A stretch of 64,000 nucleotides of DNA, from positions 13,208,001 through 13,272,000 of the forward strand of contig NC_058373.1 in NCBI RefSeq assembly GCF_018350175.1, read 5' to 3'. The DNA comes from Felis catus (lineage: Eukaryota). The notes under the pieces are model-generated. The model was not told the DNA's origin and made no database searches. It saw only the letters and a list, made by a program, of their open reading frames with translations. The number at the start of each line of letters is the position of its first letter. The stretch's first letter is position 1. Both the position numbers and the translations under genes were made by a program. Shown piece after piece: positions 11,740 to 24,153 of this stretch.

Positions 11740-14275
11740 ACAACTATTGAGATTTTGATAAGGATTGCATTAATTGGGAAGTAATTGACATCTTGATAAA
11801 CTTTTAAGTTTTCTAATGTACTCTTCTATCTATTCAGGCCATCTTGAATTTCTTCCAGTATTATTTTAGAGTTGTATGTATAGAAGTGTGACGCATTTTT
11901 GTGAGATATATTCCTAAGTCCTTGATTTGTTTCATGGTATTTTAAATGGTATCTTTTTTTTTTCAGATTGCATTTTTACTTATTTGTTCCTGGGATATAG
12001 AAGTGAAATGAATTTCCCCACACTGACTTTGTATTTCTAAATTTTGGTAAACCTAGTTATCTTAATTTTTATCTGAAGATTATTATCCTTAATTTTCTAC
12101 TGCGGAAACGTATTTTTTAGGAATAATTGTTTATTCCTTATTTTCCAATCCTTCTACATTTTTCTATGTTTTCTTACTTTATGGTAGAACAGAATTGGCA
12201 TGGCTGAACACTCTTCTCCTATGTGATATCAGAGAAAAAAATCTTTCAACATTTCGTTCTAAGGATGATGTTTGCTATAGGGTTTTGTAAAGATGTTGTA
12301 TCAAATTGGGGAAGTTCCTTTTATTCTTAATTTACTAGGAGTTTTTATCGTGAATGTGAGTTGAGTTTTATCAAACTTTTCTTCTGCATTCACTAAGATG
12401 ATGTTTTGTTTTGGTTTTTTTCCTCCGTTATTTTTGTTAATGTGGTCTATTATTGTGATTGGCTTTCAAATGTTAAGCCAGTGTTCCACTGTATGGAATA
12501 AACCCAACTTCATCATGCTATATAATCTCTCCTTTTGTATTTTGCTGTATTTTATTTACTGTTACTTTGCATAGAATTATTGCAGCTGTCATCACTAATG
12601 AGATTTGATCTCTAATTTTCTGTTCTTGAAAATTCCTTATGGAGAGAAGATTATTCTAGACTCCTACAAAGCGTTCTCTCTATCATTATCTGGAAGAGTT
12701 TGCATACGCCTGGTGTCATTGCTTCCTTTAAGATTTGCTAGAATTTGCTGGGGAAGCATCTGGGCCTGGAGTTTTCTTTTAGGACAGGTTTTCACTGAAT
12801 ATTCGATTTTGGTAAAATAGATGTGTTTGGCCATTCTGTTTCTTCTCACGTCTGTTTTTATAAGTGGTCATTTTCTGGGTTTTCCCCATTTTGTTTAAAT
12901 TTTCTACTTTTTGGAATAAATTTGTTAATAAAATCCTCTTATTGGATAAAATCCTATCTTGAATGTCAGTAGGATCTGTAGCTTTGTCCACTTTTTTGTG
13001 CTTGATATTAATTGCGTTTAACCTTCTTTCTTGGTGGGGATTTATCAATTAAGTTAGTCTTTAGAAGGAGCTATCACTGGCCTTTGTTAATCCTAACTGT
13101 TAACCTGCTTTCTTTTTCATTAATTAGTAGTACCCTTATTTTTATTCCTTTCTTCCTTTTATTTTCCTTGGGATGAATTCAGTATTTTTTTCTAACTCTT
13201 TTCCCGTCTTTCTAATCTTCCTAACATTTAAAGAGCATTTAAAGTTCTACAATTGTCTATAAGCACAGCTTTAGCTCCAGGCCAGACATTTTGGTGTTGA
13301 TATTTTCATTATCATTCAGATTTAATAAAAAATTTTTACTCCCTGTTTTTATTTCTTCTTTGGCCAAGAAGCATATTGCTTAATTTCCAAGTATTTGAAT
13401 ATTTCCTGGTTATCTTTTTGTTCCTGGTTTCTAGCTTAATTGCTTTATGGTCAGAAAATATTCATTGAGAAAATGGCCTACTTTTGTAAATTTTCCATGT
13501 GTGCTTGAAAAGGTTATCTAGGATATCGTTCTGGATATATATTCATTGATTAAATTTGTTGATTGCATTCAATATATATATATATTTTAATGTTTTTATT
13601 TATTTTTGAGACAGAGAGAGACGGAGCATGAGCAGGGGAGGGGCAGAGAGAGAGGGAGACACAGAATCTGAAGCAAGCAAGCTCCAAGCTCTGAGCTGTC
13701 AGCACAGAGCCCGACGCGGGGCTCAAACTCACAGAGTGTGAGATCATGACCTGAGCCGAAGTCAGGATGCTTCAGCTTCACCGACTGAGTCACCCAGGCG
13801 CCCCACATTCAATCTTTTATATTCTGATTTTCATTTTCGGTTGGGCTTCTTGTATCAATTACTTAGAGATGTATGTCAAAACTTTCCACTGTGGATTTGT
13901 CTATTTCTCCTTGTAGCTTGGTCAGTTTTTGCTTTCTGTGTTCCAAAGCTATGTTAATTGGGTTGTATGTATTAAAATTGCTATAGTTTCCTGGTGAATT
14001 AGATCATTAATCAGTTGGAAGTGATGTATTTATCTCTAAACAATAAATGAAATTTTACCTTAGTATCTTATATTAATATGGCCACACCACCTCCCACTTA
14101 TTGGTTTCTTCATAATATATCCTTTCCTATTATTTTCTGTTTATATTTTAGGTATCTTTCTTCTTTCTGACCATCGCTAGCTTTTCATTATAGCTTGTAG
14201 TCCCCTCAATTTTTTTTTTTAGTCCCTTCAAATTTAATGTGGTTACTGATATGTTTAGATTCAAATCTGTGGTTT
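11740..14275 (-). mobile_element. old L1 (L1M-type) ORF2 region, antisense
   Basis: T-rich. agcatctgggcctggagttttcttt, aaacccaacttcatcatg and aagttccttttattctta are typical antisense L1 ORF2. The short minus-strand ORFs here are L1-like debris. Confidence 0.85.
13574..13804 (-). mobile_element. Can-SINE inserted in L1
   Basis: Full body. TSD cattcaat. Confidence 0.95.
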
Positions 14276-14278
14276 TTA

Positions 14279-14502
14279 GGGGCGCCTGGGTGACTCAGTT
14301 GGTTAAGCATCCAACTTCGGCTCAGGTCATGATCTTACCGTTCATGGGTTGAGCCCTGCGTGGGCTCTAACAGGTCAGAGCCTGGAGCCTGCTGTGGATT
14401 CTGTGTCTCCCTCTCTCTCTCTCTCTCTCTCTGCCCCTCCCCCACTCGTGTTCTGTCCCTCTCTGTGTCTTAAAAAATAAAATAAGACCTTAAAAAAATA
14501 AA
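14279..14502 (+). mobile_element. Can-SINE, no visible TSD
   Basis: GGGGCGCCTGGGTGACTCAG head, (CT)n and A-tail ending about 73 nt before the exon acceptor. Confidence 0.95.
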
Positions 14503-14575
14503 CAATGGCACGATGAACGTCGCACAGCTGTGCCCGAGCATGCGAGAAAATGACATCTTTGTGGTTTGTCTACAG

Positions 14576-14685
14576 CACGTTTAACTGGACAGTCCCATTC
14601 CTTTCCTTCCTGGCCTGCTTGATCCTGGCAGTGGCCACCGTCACTTTGTATTTTATTCCACTCCGGTACATCATTTTAATCTGGG
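14576..14685 (+). CDS. MCTP2: MCTP2 coding exon with hydrophobic transmembrane segment, 110 bp
   Basis: Acceptor ttgtctacAG|C, donor TGGG|GTaagt. Translates [36 protein letters not shown](G). Phases match both flanking exons. Confidence 0.96.
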
Positions 14686-17600
14686 GTAAGTTGGGCATGG
14701 GCCTTCTCCTAGCAGTCGATTTCAGGTAAGAATCAGTTACTCATTTGTAAAGTGGGACTATAAACTTTAAGTGTGCTCTTGTTGGCAATTAAACACGAGA
14801 TTAAGGAAGGCGTTTGGGGAACAAAAAACTTCCAGGACCTCCCTGAAAAGGCCAATTGCGTGAACAGTCAGCACAGATATGTACAGGCCTCCTGCATAAT
14901 TGCAATCCAATAAAAATGTGATGGTGCATGTGATTTCCCTTTGGGCTTTCGCAGTCATAAATACTCTTGAATAATATATTGCCATGGCCCGGTTAACTTT
15001 GAGGAAACAGTTATTCAAACAGTGAGCAACCACCTGCATCTCGCCCTTTACATTATGTAGAAGTAGATCTGGCCACTGCCGGGCTGCTTCTGACACTTCC
15101 TCTCCCCTGGAGGAAAAATAACCTAAACCCCATACTTAAATCCAGAAGCAGTAGAGAGGAAGGTGGGTAGCTACTCCCTAACCAGTGCCTGATGGAAGAG
15201 GAAGCTATTATTTAGCAGGGTAAACGGGGTGCCTGTATAAAGTTGAGCTGCTCTACAAAAGCAGAAACAAATTCACAAACTCGAAATAAATGTCACGGCT
15301 TGATTTACTACGCAAGCTAGCAGCTGGACAAAATACAAGCAGCTTTGTGAATATTTGTGTCTGTTGCTGGGTGGGCTCTGGGTTGATAGAAGGAGGGTGC
15401 ATTACAGTCGGTTAATTGTTGGAGAAGCAATCAACCCTTTTCCGTAAGAGTCTGCCCGTCGTAGTGTTACTTGGCTCCTATGACTACTGCTGAGTTCTCA
15501 ATCACAGCCACCCCCTTCCAGGGATCCTCAGATGTTAAAATGTTCCGAGAACTTACAAACACAAGTGACTGCATTGAGATGCATTCATCTTTAAGCAAAA
15601 ACTGAGACGCTGCAAATGTCAGATAAAAAGCTACAACCTTTCTAAAACCATTAAATGTAGACCTTTTCAAAGAGAACCCACAGGAGTAGAGTCCTGCCGA
15701 CGAGGAAAGCCAAGTGTAGACATTCTGAACTAGGAAAAGCCTTCGAAAAAATAGAATAACTCATAAAACTTCAGAGGTGGAATGATTTTAAGGGAACATA
15801 ATCCACTGGTTCTCTGTTTCGTCGAGGAAATGAAAATTCCGTGTGAAGAAGGATCTCTCTTTTACCGCCAAGCCTGAGAAAAGAAAAAGATATTCTCATT
15901 TCCCTCCTTAGGGGTCAGTTTTGAGCCTTGATGACCTTCACTCTTGGGGAAAGTCTTCTAGACATGCTTAGTTTTTGTTTATTTGTTTCTGTGTTGTGCA
16001 ACAATGCTAGCACATGGTTCTATGGACCCTTCGAAAGAGAGCGTGGAGCTCTTCAGATCCATTGATCAAGAAGGAACATTTTGTGAAAGTATTTCCCAGC
16101 ATACCTTCTGTACTAAATGTTATCTATTTAGACCGAACAGTCTCACTCTTTCTTAATTGTTTTCCATTAAGAATGAGTTTCCGAATCCACTCAACTGGCC
16201 ACCTTTAAAATGCAGATCTTAAAACTATTGTCTGCCCCTAACCAAAACATGATTCAAAATCACGAGGATTATTTGGCCAATATTCTGTTCATTTTTAAGC
16301 TAGTGTGAGTTGAATGCATGGTCAGCTTATCAAACCCCGTTTCTCATGATTTCCTAATCATTCTAGTGCACGCTTGATTTGCTTTTCTGCATCTTGCCCC
16401 CCACAAAGAAGACTATGCTATCTCTCCTCCTGTGATAGTCAGTTTTTGAATTCCAGTCCCTCTTTCTGTTTATCCAGAATTGCTTTGATGTCTGATCTCA
16501 TCCTCCAAGATCTTGGCAGCTCTCCAACACCAAAGTTTGGCATCTAATTAATAAGATATTGCTGTTGTTTTAATTTAGCTTATGGATGAAATTATTGAAG
16601 AGAGTGGACTTTATTATGTTCTCCCTAGCTGACAGTAACCCTGTGAGCTTCGTCTTTTGCGTCTGGTCCTTTAGTTTTGCATTCTAGATGGGGGCTTATA
16701 GTTTATTGATGACTTCACCATATATGATGTAGTCAAAAGCTTTGACAGTCAACACATGATCTGTTGGCTCATTGAATGAAATCTGCCGTGCCATCACGGA
16801 ATATACGGTACAATTCTATTTTCTTTTCCAAGACAAATTAGTTATTAGGTAACATGGACCCAGGGCATTCCTTTAGACATCTCCTATACGACTGTATCCT
16901 TGGTAGAGACTTTCTCATGTGGAAGATCACTTCATATGTCTTAAATTTCTAGTGTTCCTTTTCACTTTATTAAGGATCAGATTATTTATTATTCTGAGTT
17001 ATTTATTCATTTCCAGTGAGTCCTAAAAGTGGTAAGATCCTGAGTTTTGGTTTTTTTTGTTTTTGTCTTTTTTTTGGTCCAATATTTTTAACCCTTTGGA
17101 ACAAAGCTATTTAGCTGTATGTTCTCTATTTCCATATTCTACACACCAAAGGATGTTTTTGTAGAACTCATGATGAAGTATGAGAATGACTTAACATACG
17201 CCTCAGGAAGCAGCCTAATTTCATAATGGCCATAAGCAATGTTCCTTGACTCACCAACTCCATTGTAAGGTCTTGAAGGGTAGGACACTTTTCTTTCCTC
17301 TTTAGCCTATAGTTCCTGGCGGAGCAACATAAAGGTAGTAGATCTTTAACAAGTACTTGACGGATATTTAACGAGTGGAGGAGTCCTGCAAGTTTCATAG
17401 CTGTGGTCTACATGAATGGCATTTCTTTTGAGCCCACCACCCACCTCTCTAGTGTGGGAGTGTAGATTTGGAAAATTATATGAGAAGCAGTTTGAGAGGG
17501 ATAGATGAAATTGTCTTAAGGAAACCAGATGTACTGAAGTTTGATCACTTATTTGATGTATTTCTAGGAGGCAAGACCTTTCTTAGGGTTAGATCCCAAG

Positions 17601-18013
17601 CGGGTTTTCTGTCCCCTTGGAAAGGTGTTTCATATTCCTTCCATTCTATTTACATCATAGATACTGGAGCTCTGCTCTGAGGTACTTCTGTTGTTCCAAG
17701 GTGGAGATGAACTCCCCAAGCTAGATTTTGAGCTTCTTGGAAGAAGGACCCATGACTTATTCAACATTATATCTCCATTTGTCATACCACAATGTCTTTT
17801 CGGTGGCAAGCACTTAGCGTTGGATACATGTGCAAGCAAGGACCCTCAGCCCCATCTCACCCACTCCTATTGATGTATCGAGGTCAGGGTACATCCCAAG
17901 TCACTCATAAAAGTACCTGAAAAATAGTGTTATAATTCTCTTTCAGGTACTTATTCACCTGTGGCCATGTGTGCCAAGCAGTCATCCAATTTTTCCAGCT
18001 TTCTTCAAGAGAC

Positions 18014-18078
18014 TTTTTTATTTATTTATTTTTTAATTAATTAATTAATTAATTAATTAATTTATTTATTTATTTTTT
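18014..18078. repeat. (ATTT)n/(TTAA)n microsatellite
   Basis: Read directly from the sequence. Confidence 0.9.
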
Positions 18079-19496
18079 GCTGGGGATCTCATTACACTCT
18101 AATGATCTGTTCAGTTTGTGATCCGGGACCATTAAATGATAGTGTCTTTGCCAAACGTTATCCCTCAGTATTTGGATTCCCACGGTTTTCGTGTGCTACA
18201 AAATTAACATTCACAGCAGAGGTGCCCTTTGCCTCTCTGTATTCAGGGGAAAAAATCGAAAGGCGTGTCTATCATGCTACCGAAAAAGGTACAGCTTCCA
18301 AATCTGGCTGTGTGGGATCACATGCCTAACAGTGTAACGATTCTTCTCCTATCCACGCCCTTTGGTTTGGGGCTTGTTGACATCTGGAGTGATGATGGTA
18401 GCCCCCTTCATTGTTACAGAATTTCAGAGTGCAGAATCTTCTAGCTTACGTTGTGCAACGTAATTCTGCCATCAACCTACGACACTATATATATAATAGG
18501 GCAGATCTTTTTTTGCTCAGATTTTAATGTAAGTAGTCTGAGTCACAGAAAGGTTAAGTGGTTTGCCTGAAACCACACAGCTACCACACGGGGATGCCAG
18601 AGCTGGGGCCAAGATATGGCTGTTCCGTAACGCTTGTTCCTCGCTTCATCGTCCCTTAATGATGACCCAGGAGTACCTGATCCCCTGTTGACACTTGGGC
18701 TCATGCAGTAAGTAATGACGCCATTTGATGGCTTTACAAAATAAGGTGGGCTTTTGCAGCACGCCATCTGAGCGCCTTGTAATTTTTATCCTAAGTTGTT
18801 CAAACAGACAGTCTCAGTGCATTATGGGGCTCCTTCTGCCCTTGTTGGTGCGTTTGAGCTACTGTGCAGGTTTATAATCTTCTCAGTGACTAAGAATGCA
18901 GTGTTTTGATCGGCTGCGATATTATCCCTGCCTTGCTGCTCATTGTAAAGGCTCCAGATGCGCACACTATATATAATTAACAATAGAAGATATATCTTTT
19001 CTCAATACGTCTTTGTCTCCCTTCATCATTTCGCCTTGTCTGTTTTCTCTCGCCAAAAAAGCCCATGCTACAATTAAGTGTCTTTAGAATAACACAGCGC
19101 GAGAGTATTTCAGTTTAAAGGAACTCGGGGCAATTTCAGCTAGAAACACGAAGCTTGCCGCGGGGGAGAGGGAAGAAAGGCCTAGTGCAGCTTGGACTTG
19201 GGAGAAAAAGGGTCGTCCGCAAGAAGGCTTCCCCAGCCCTATGGCCAAGACACCAGTTACTCATGAACAGTGGCTGGCTCCCATTTGCAAAGCAGATGTA
19301 AATCTGACCCTCGAAGGAAATGACCGGAGGTTGCATTGTGTCAGCTATCATGTCACTCAGGAAGCTCAGCCGTTAGAGGAAAGCAAAATACTATCTAATG
19401 AAGAAAAACATCAAAGCTTTTGTGTGTTGGGCCGGCTTTGGGGTAAAAGGGCTCATCGAAGGTGAGAATTCTTTCAGCATCATTGGGATGGCCAGG

Positions 19497-19559
19497 TAAT
19501 AAACAAACACTGATCTTTGCTAATAAACAAGCACTGATCTTTGCTAGTAAACAAACACT
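19497..19559 (+). repeat. 24-bp tandem repeat, about 2.6 copies
   Basis: taataaacaaacactgatctttgc / taataaacaagcactgatctttgc / tagtaaacaaacact. Confidence 0.92.
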
Positions 19560-20545
19560 CCATGGCAAGGCTTCTGAAGCCCACCACCCGGTCTCTGGGC
19601 TTTTGAAAACTCAGCATGGAAAAGAGTTGACCTTTGGTGAAAAGACAGTGGCTGATGAGCTCTTAGCAGCAGCTCCGAGGAGCAGAGTAGGAAACAGAGG
19701 TGGCCGACAGGTACATCCCCTCTGGAAAGAAAACCGCAGGCGGAACGTCCCCCCGGACATGCCCACGCACCCAAGGTGCACCCTTCAAAGACACCTTCCA
19801 CGTTGAACCTCCTCTAATTACTACGGTCCCCGTCCTGAATTAGCAGGGACTCCATGGACGAGACAAACCCACGCACCGCCTTGCGGTCCGTAAATTCAGT
19901 TAGCAACCAGAGCAGGCTAATTTCCAGTGATAGCTTTTCACGGTTTCCTGTAGCATCAAAGTTACAGTCAACATGTCAGGTTCTGTTCTGCCGGGAGAGG
20001 AGAGAAACCGGTGCAAATGAGTTGGGGTAGGGGAGAGAGATTTCTGCAGTTTCTTTTTAACAACAAAAAAGGCAACGGCCGCCCCTCCACCTCCCACTGC
20101 TACGTGTGGTCCAGAGCCCCCAAGCAGAGACTTGTTTGGGCTAATGAAGGCCTTTTCCCATCTGGGACATTGGTTTTCTTAGCAGAGGGGGCTGTTAATC
20201 AGCCTAGTCCAAAAAAGCCGATGAGCTACTCTGTTTTCATGTGTGTTTCTGCCGCCCTGCTGCTGGGATTGTAATGGGATTTTCACAGTCCAAGAAGGCA
20301 GAGCTCCTGTCCCACAGAACCCCCACCCCCACCCCCGCCCCACCCTGCCTTCGTTCAAGACCAGGCATTTGTGAATGATTTCACATGACAGCAACGTGTG
20401 CGTGACATGAGGTCTAGTAATTGTTTTACACTAATTTTGACTTGTGAATGCCCCTCTCCCCCAGTCAGGAGAGTTTTTAAAGAGACAGACAGACAGATGG
20501 ATACACAGACAGACAAAGAGATCTCCTGGTGTTTCTATTTTTCAG

Positions 20546-20643
20546 GCATAAATAAATTTACTAAGAAGCTTCGAAATCCCTATGCCATCGACAATAATGA
20601 GCTGTTAGACTTCCTCTCCAGGGTTCCGTCTGATGTTCAAAAG
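20546..20643 (+). CDS. MCTP2: MCTP2 penultimate coding exon, 98 bp
   Basis: Acceptor ctatttttcAG|GC, donor AAG|GTacgt. Translates (G)[32 protein letters not shown], seen inside ORF 20398..20739. Confidence 0.96.
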
Positions 20644-22841
20644 GTACGTAATGAACGGCCGCCACCAGCAGGGACCCCAACCCTGAAGTCTGGCCAGCCC
20701 CAGAGTCAGAGGAGCGCAGGGCTGTGCTTGGGTAATTGAGATAACGAATCAGAAAATCCTTAAAGCGGCCTGGCTTGCAGGGAGGTGGCAAGGAAACCTT
20801 TGTCCCGAGCCTGAGACGATTACGGAAAATTACCCGGAAAAAGAGCTACTTAAGAATGATCTGGAACCCCTACTGTGTGGGTATAGTGTGATGGTGTTCG
20901 TCCGTTTTATGATCGCTTGCCTCCCCCAGGAGGATAAGATGAGCTCAGTGAATGGGAGATCCCAAGCTGGGGGGATTCTTATTTTCCCCCTCTGCCGCGT
21001 GGCAGGCATTTTGGGGGAAGTAGTGGACAGGAGGATTATTATTATTTGTTTTAATTCTTCCTTGACCTTATCACCTCCTAGGCTTCCCTTCTATCTTTTC
21101 CCCTCTGAAGACTGAGGGATGCTGAGGGCAAAGCCCCCACTCACTCTCACACATAAAGGCAGACATAGCGTGACATAATCGGAGATCGATCGGAAGTATT
21201 ATTCACAGGTACTTCGTCCAGCGGCATCTGGTTTCTGTGGATGCGTTGAGATTAAACGTGGCAACAATACCAGAAAGTCTCATAGAATAGCTGATCCAGG
21301 CCCCTGCAGATCAGGCTGCCATAAATCCAGAGGAAGGAGGGTAGGCAATGATTTCTCTAAAGGAGCATCGAGATCACAGAATAGGTAGATGGGGAGACCG
21401 TGGTGGGACGTACCAACGCGATGATCAAAGCCACAGCCCTTTATTATCTGAGAGCATCCAAATCAAGTATCGATTTTCGTCTCTGGGCCACGGTCGCGTC
21501 GCTGGTTCCCAGGTAGCTTTGTGCGGATTACAGTGACTACAGTGACTTGGAGGTGAAAAGCCCTAGAATTTCTTTCCCCTTCATTCTGAGTTCTAGAGAT
21601 TAAAACAGACTCCGTGATGCTATTTCTTTCACCTCCATTTTCTAATATAATTAGCTAATAACTGCGCTCTATGAATATGAAGTTACTCGCTAACATTTGC
21701 ATTAGATGATCATAAAACAGTAACCCGGCCCTGTTTGTTTTGCATTGAAGATTGGAGGGTATGTCACCCCTGCTCCCCTGGGGGACCCTCACAAAACACT
21801 CTAAGGAAAGGGTGCTTTTTTCATGTATCTGCTCTCGGCAAAGTGTAGCTCAACATATGTGATGGGACACGATGTCCTTGGGGAGTTTGGCACAAATGCT
21901 AAAAAACAGTGAGCACATGTGGTCTGTAATACAATACTTCAAATAAAGCCATTCTGCCGTCAGCCAATCAAAACCCACACACCAAAGCAATGCGATCGCA
22001 ATGTGCAGTCACTTCAGTCGCAACGTGAGGTTGTCTCTGCCTCCTTGAAGAAAGGAAATCACCATCAAGCACGCCCCACCGCAAGGATTGTCTCTACACG
22101 GTCGACACGGCGGCCCCCCAGAGCGGCCATCCAGTTGGGAGGTGACGTGATTACAGAGGGACACAGCAAAAGAGCGAGGAAGATCTACAATATGCTAGTG
22201 AGATCCTCCCATGTGTCACCAAGAGTGCTTTCTAATAACACAATAGACAGTTTGCCACTGGGGACACCCTGAGCACTCTTGTTTATCACAGATGGTTTAG
22301 CCATTACATCGCGAAGGAAATTCATTTTTAAGAGAAATGTATTTAACTCTGTGGCCAGTATCCATTTCAACATTTTTGGGGGGGGGAGGGGGGGGCTTCT
22401 CTCTGGCCAAATAAATGTATATAATTTGCAGAGACATTTTTTTTTCCTCCAAGATTGTAGATAGTTTGAAATGACTCTTTCTTAGTAAGTCGCTGCATCG
22501 TGTACTAAGGGAAACACTCGCAAGAGGCAGTTACTAAGTGTACTTGTGGCTGAAAACGGGCACGCGCAAAACTGGAATTATCTGGCCGCGCCGAGAGCAG
22601 GTAGAAACCCAGGCATCTCATTAGAAAAATCTGCTTTTAATATTTTGGTTTCAAGAAATGATGCATGACTTCTCAAATCCTTCCTGCAATTAATCCCTTC
22701 ATGTTCCTGTGTTTAGAAAATGATTCATTACCTTTGAACCTTCCTTCCTTTGCCTCGGTTTGTCCTTGGGGAGCCATTAACACGCACTGTGGCGAGCTAG
22801 GGTTACCTAACCGCCGGCGTCCCGTCTGTTTGTTTTCACAG

Positions 22842-22910
22842 GTGCAGTACGCCGAACTGAGACCCTGCAGCAGCCACAGCCCCCTTCGGAAGAAGCGCAG
22901 TGCCGTCTAG
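22842..22910 (+). CDS. MCTP2: MCTP2 terminal coding exon (CDS part, ends TAG)
   Basis: Acceptor tgttttcacAG|GTG. Translates VQYAELRPCSSHSPLRKKRSAV*, matching the recalled mammalian MCTP2 C-terminus. Confidence 0.95.
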   Translation: MQYAELRPCSSHSPLRKKRSAV

Positions 22911-23676
22911 GACACGCGCCAACTCTGGCCACCGGCACCCGATTCCCTGTGGGGTCGGTGAGACCCGTGATGTCTCTGTTCCACCGGTGGTCCCCACGGT
23001 GTCTTTCCAAAACACGTGCTGTGTGGAGCCCTCCCCCTCTTCTCCCCGCTTCTCCACGGGCACCGATTGCACACGTGTGCGCACGTCCACGCACACGGGT
23101 GTGCCGGTTGCGTAGCAGGTCGGCCCCTCGCAAGGAAACAAGCCAGAGACCGTGAAAGACTGATGTCCCTTCTCCCGTAGAAGGTAACGTAAGGCTGTCA
23201 GGGGTCTCAACAGCCTCCTTGAAAACAGCCGGGAGTCCACCTGGATTCAAGAGGGACTTTGAACTTGTTATGGTACCTCCACCAGATTCTCCTGAAGATC
23301 CGGTCATGTCCACTCCCGTCTGCACACTGCTTTCAGATTGTTGTTCACGTGAGGCAGTCGGTTTCTCCGAGTTAGCAAATCCCTGGTAGCCATCGTCTCC
23401 CCACATAGTGTATATCATGCATAGATTTTTAAATAATGACCCAGATCAGCTCAAGTCTTTGGGAGTCTTTCAGCCGGGATTACTGAAGACCCGTATGGAA
23501 AATTGTGGTCAACACCTCGGCGCTGGATGCCAGCCTCTTTCACCGTCCATTGCTGGCGATGGAAGGCCCCGGAAAGTCCAAAGGGACCACTCGTCCAAAA
23601 AGCGAAGGTTTCAGGGAGAGTATTTGGTTGCCTTAAAAACGCCATTTCTTCTGACTTGACTTTGCTTTATTTCCAA

Positions 23677-23682
23677 AATAAA
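23677..23682 (+). terminator. candidate proximal polyadenylation signal AATAAA
   Basis: Canonical hexamer about 770 nt after the stop codon. Confidence 0.4.
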
Positions 23683-24110
23683 ATGTCAATATTATAGCTG
23701 CAGGACGTGGGGGATGAATGAATGAATTCTGAAAGTATTTAGAAAGAAAGGTAAAGGCTGGGGAGCAAGGGACTAATGAATGAAGGTGGACCGCTCACCT
23801 GATTGTCGTAATCCCTTCATTCGCCCACATTTGGGGGCAGAAAGTAAAAATAAGGCAGCAGTCCAAAATGATCTTTCGTTCCTGAGCAAAATAATCTGCA
23901 TGTAATACATCTATATCTCAGAACCGCGTTCCTAGAAAAGCATCATCCCCAAATCCTGAATAGTATCTGATGCCTACAGCCCCATTTCATAGTACCCCCC
24001 AGGTAAAAATCCCGATTTTGTGCATATATAAAATGTATGCCAATATCTTTATGTTCAAATGATATTTAAGTTGTAAAGACCGTATTTTGTTGACACATAC
24101 TTTATGCAGT

Positions 24111-24153
24111 TATATATATATATATATTATATATATATATATAATATATATAT
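24111..24153. repeat. (TA)n palindromic microsatellite in 3' UTR
   Basis: tatatattatatatatatatataatatata is self-complementary. Confidence 0.9.

Noticed and set aside
19497..19559. Direct repeats as a possible CRISPR-like array
   Set aside because: The units are contiguous with no spacers, and the context is a mammalian intron.
22807..23418. 203-aa antisense ORF overlapping the MCTP2 last exon
   Set aside because: It lies in a GC-rich, stop-poor region, has no recognisable domain and no supporting gene structure, so it is most likely chance.
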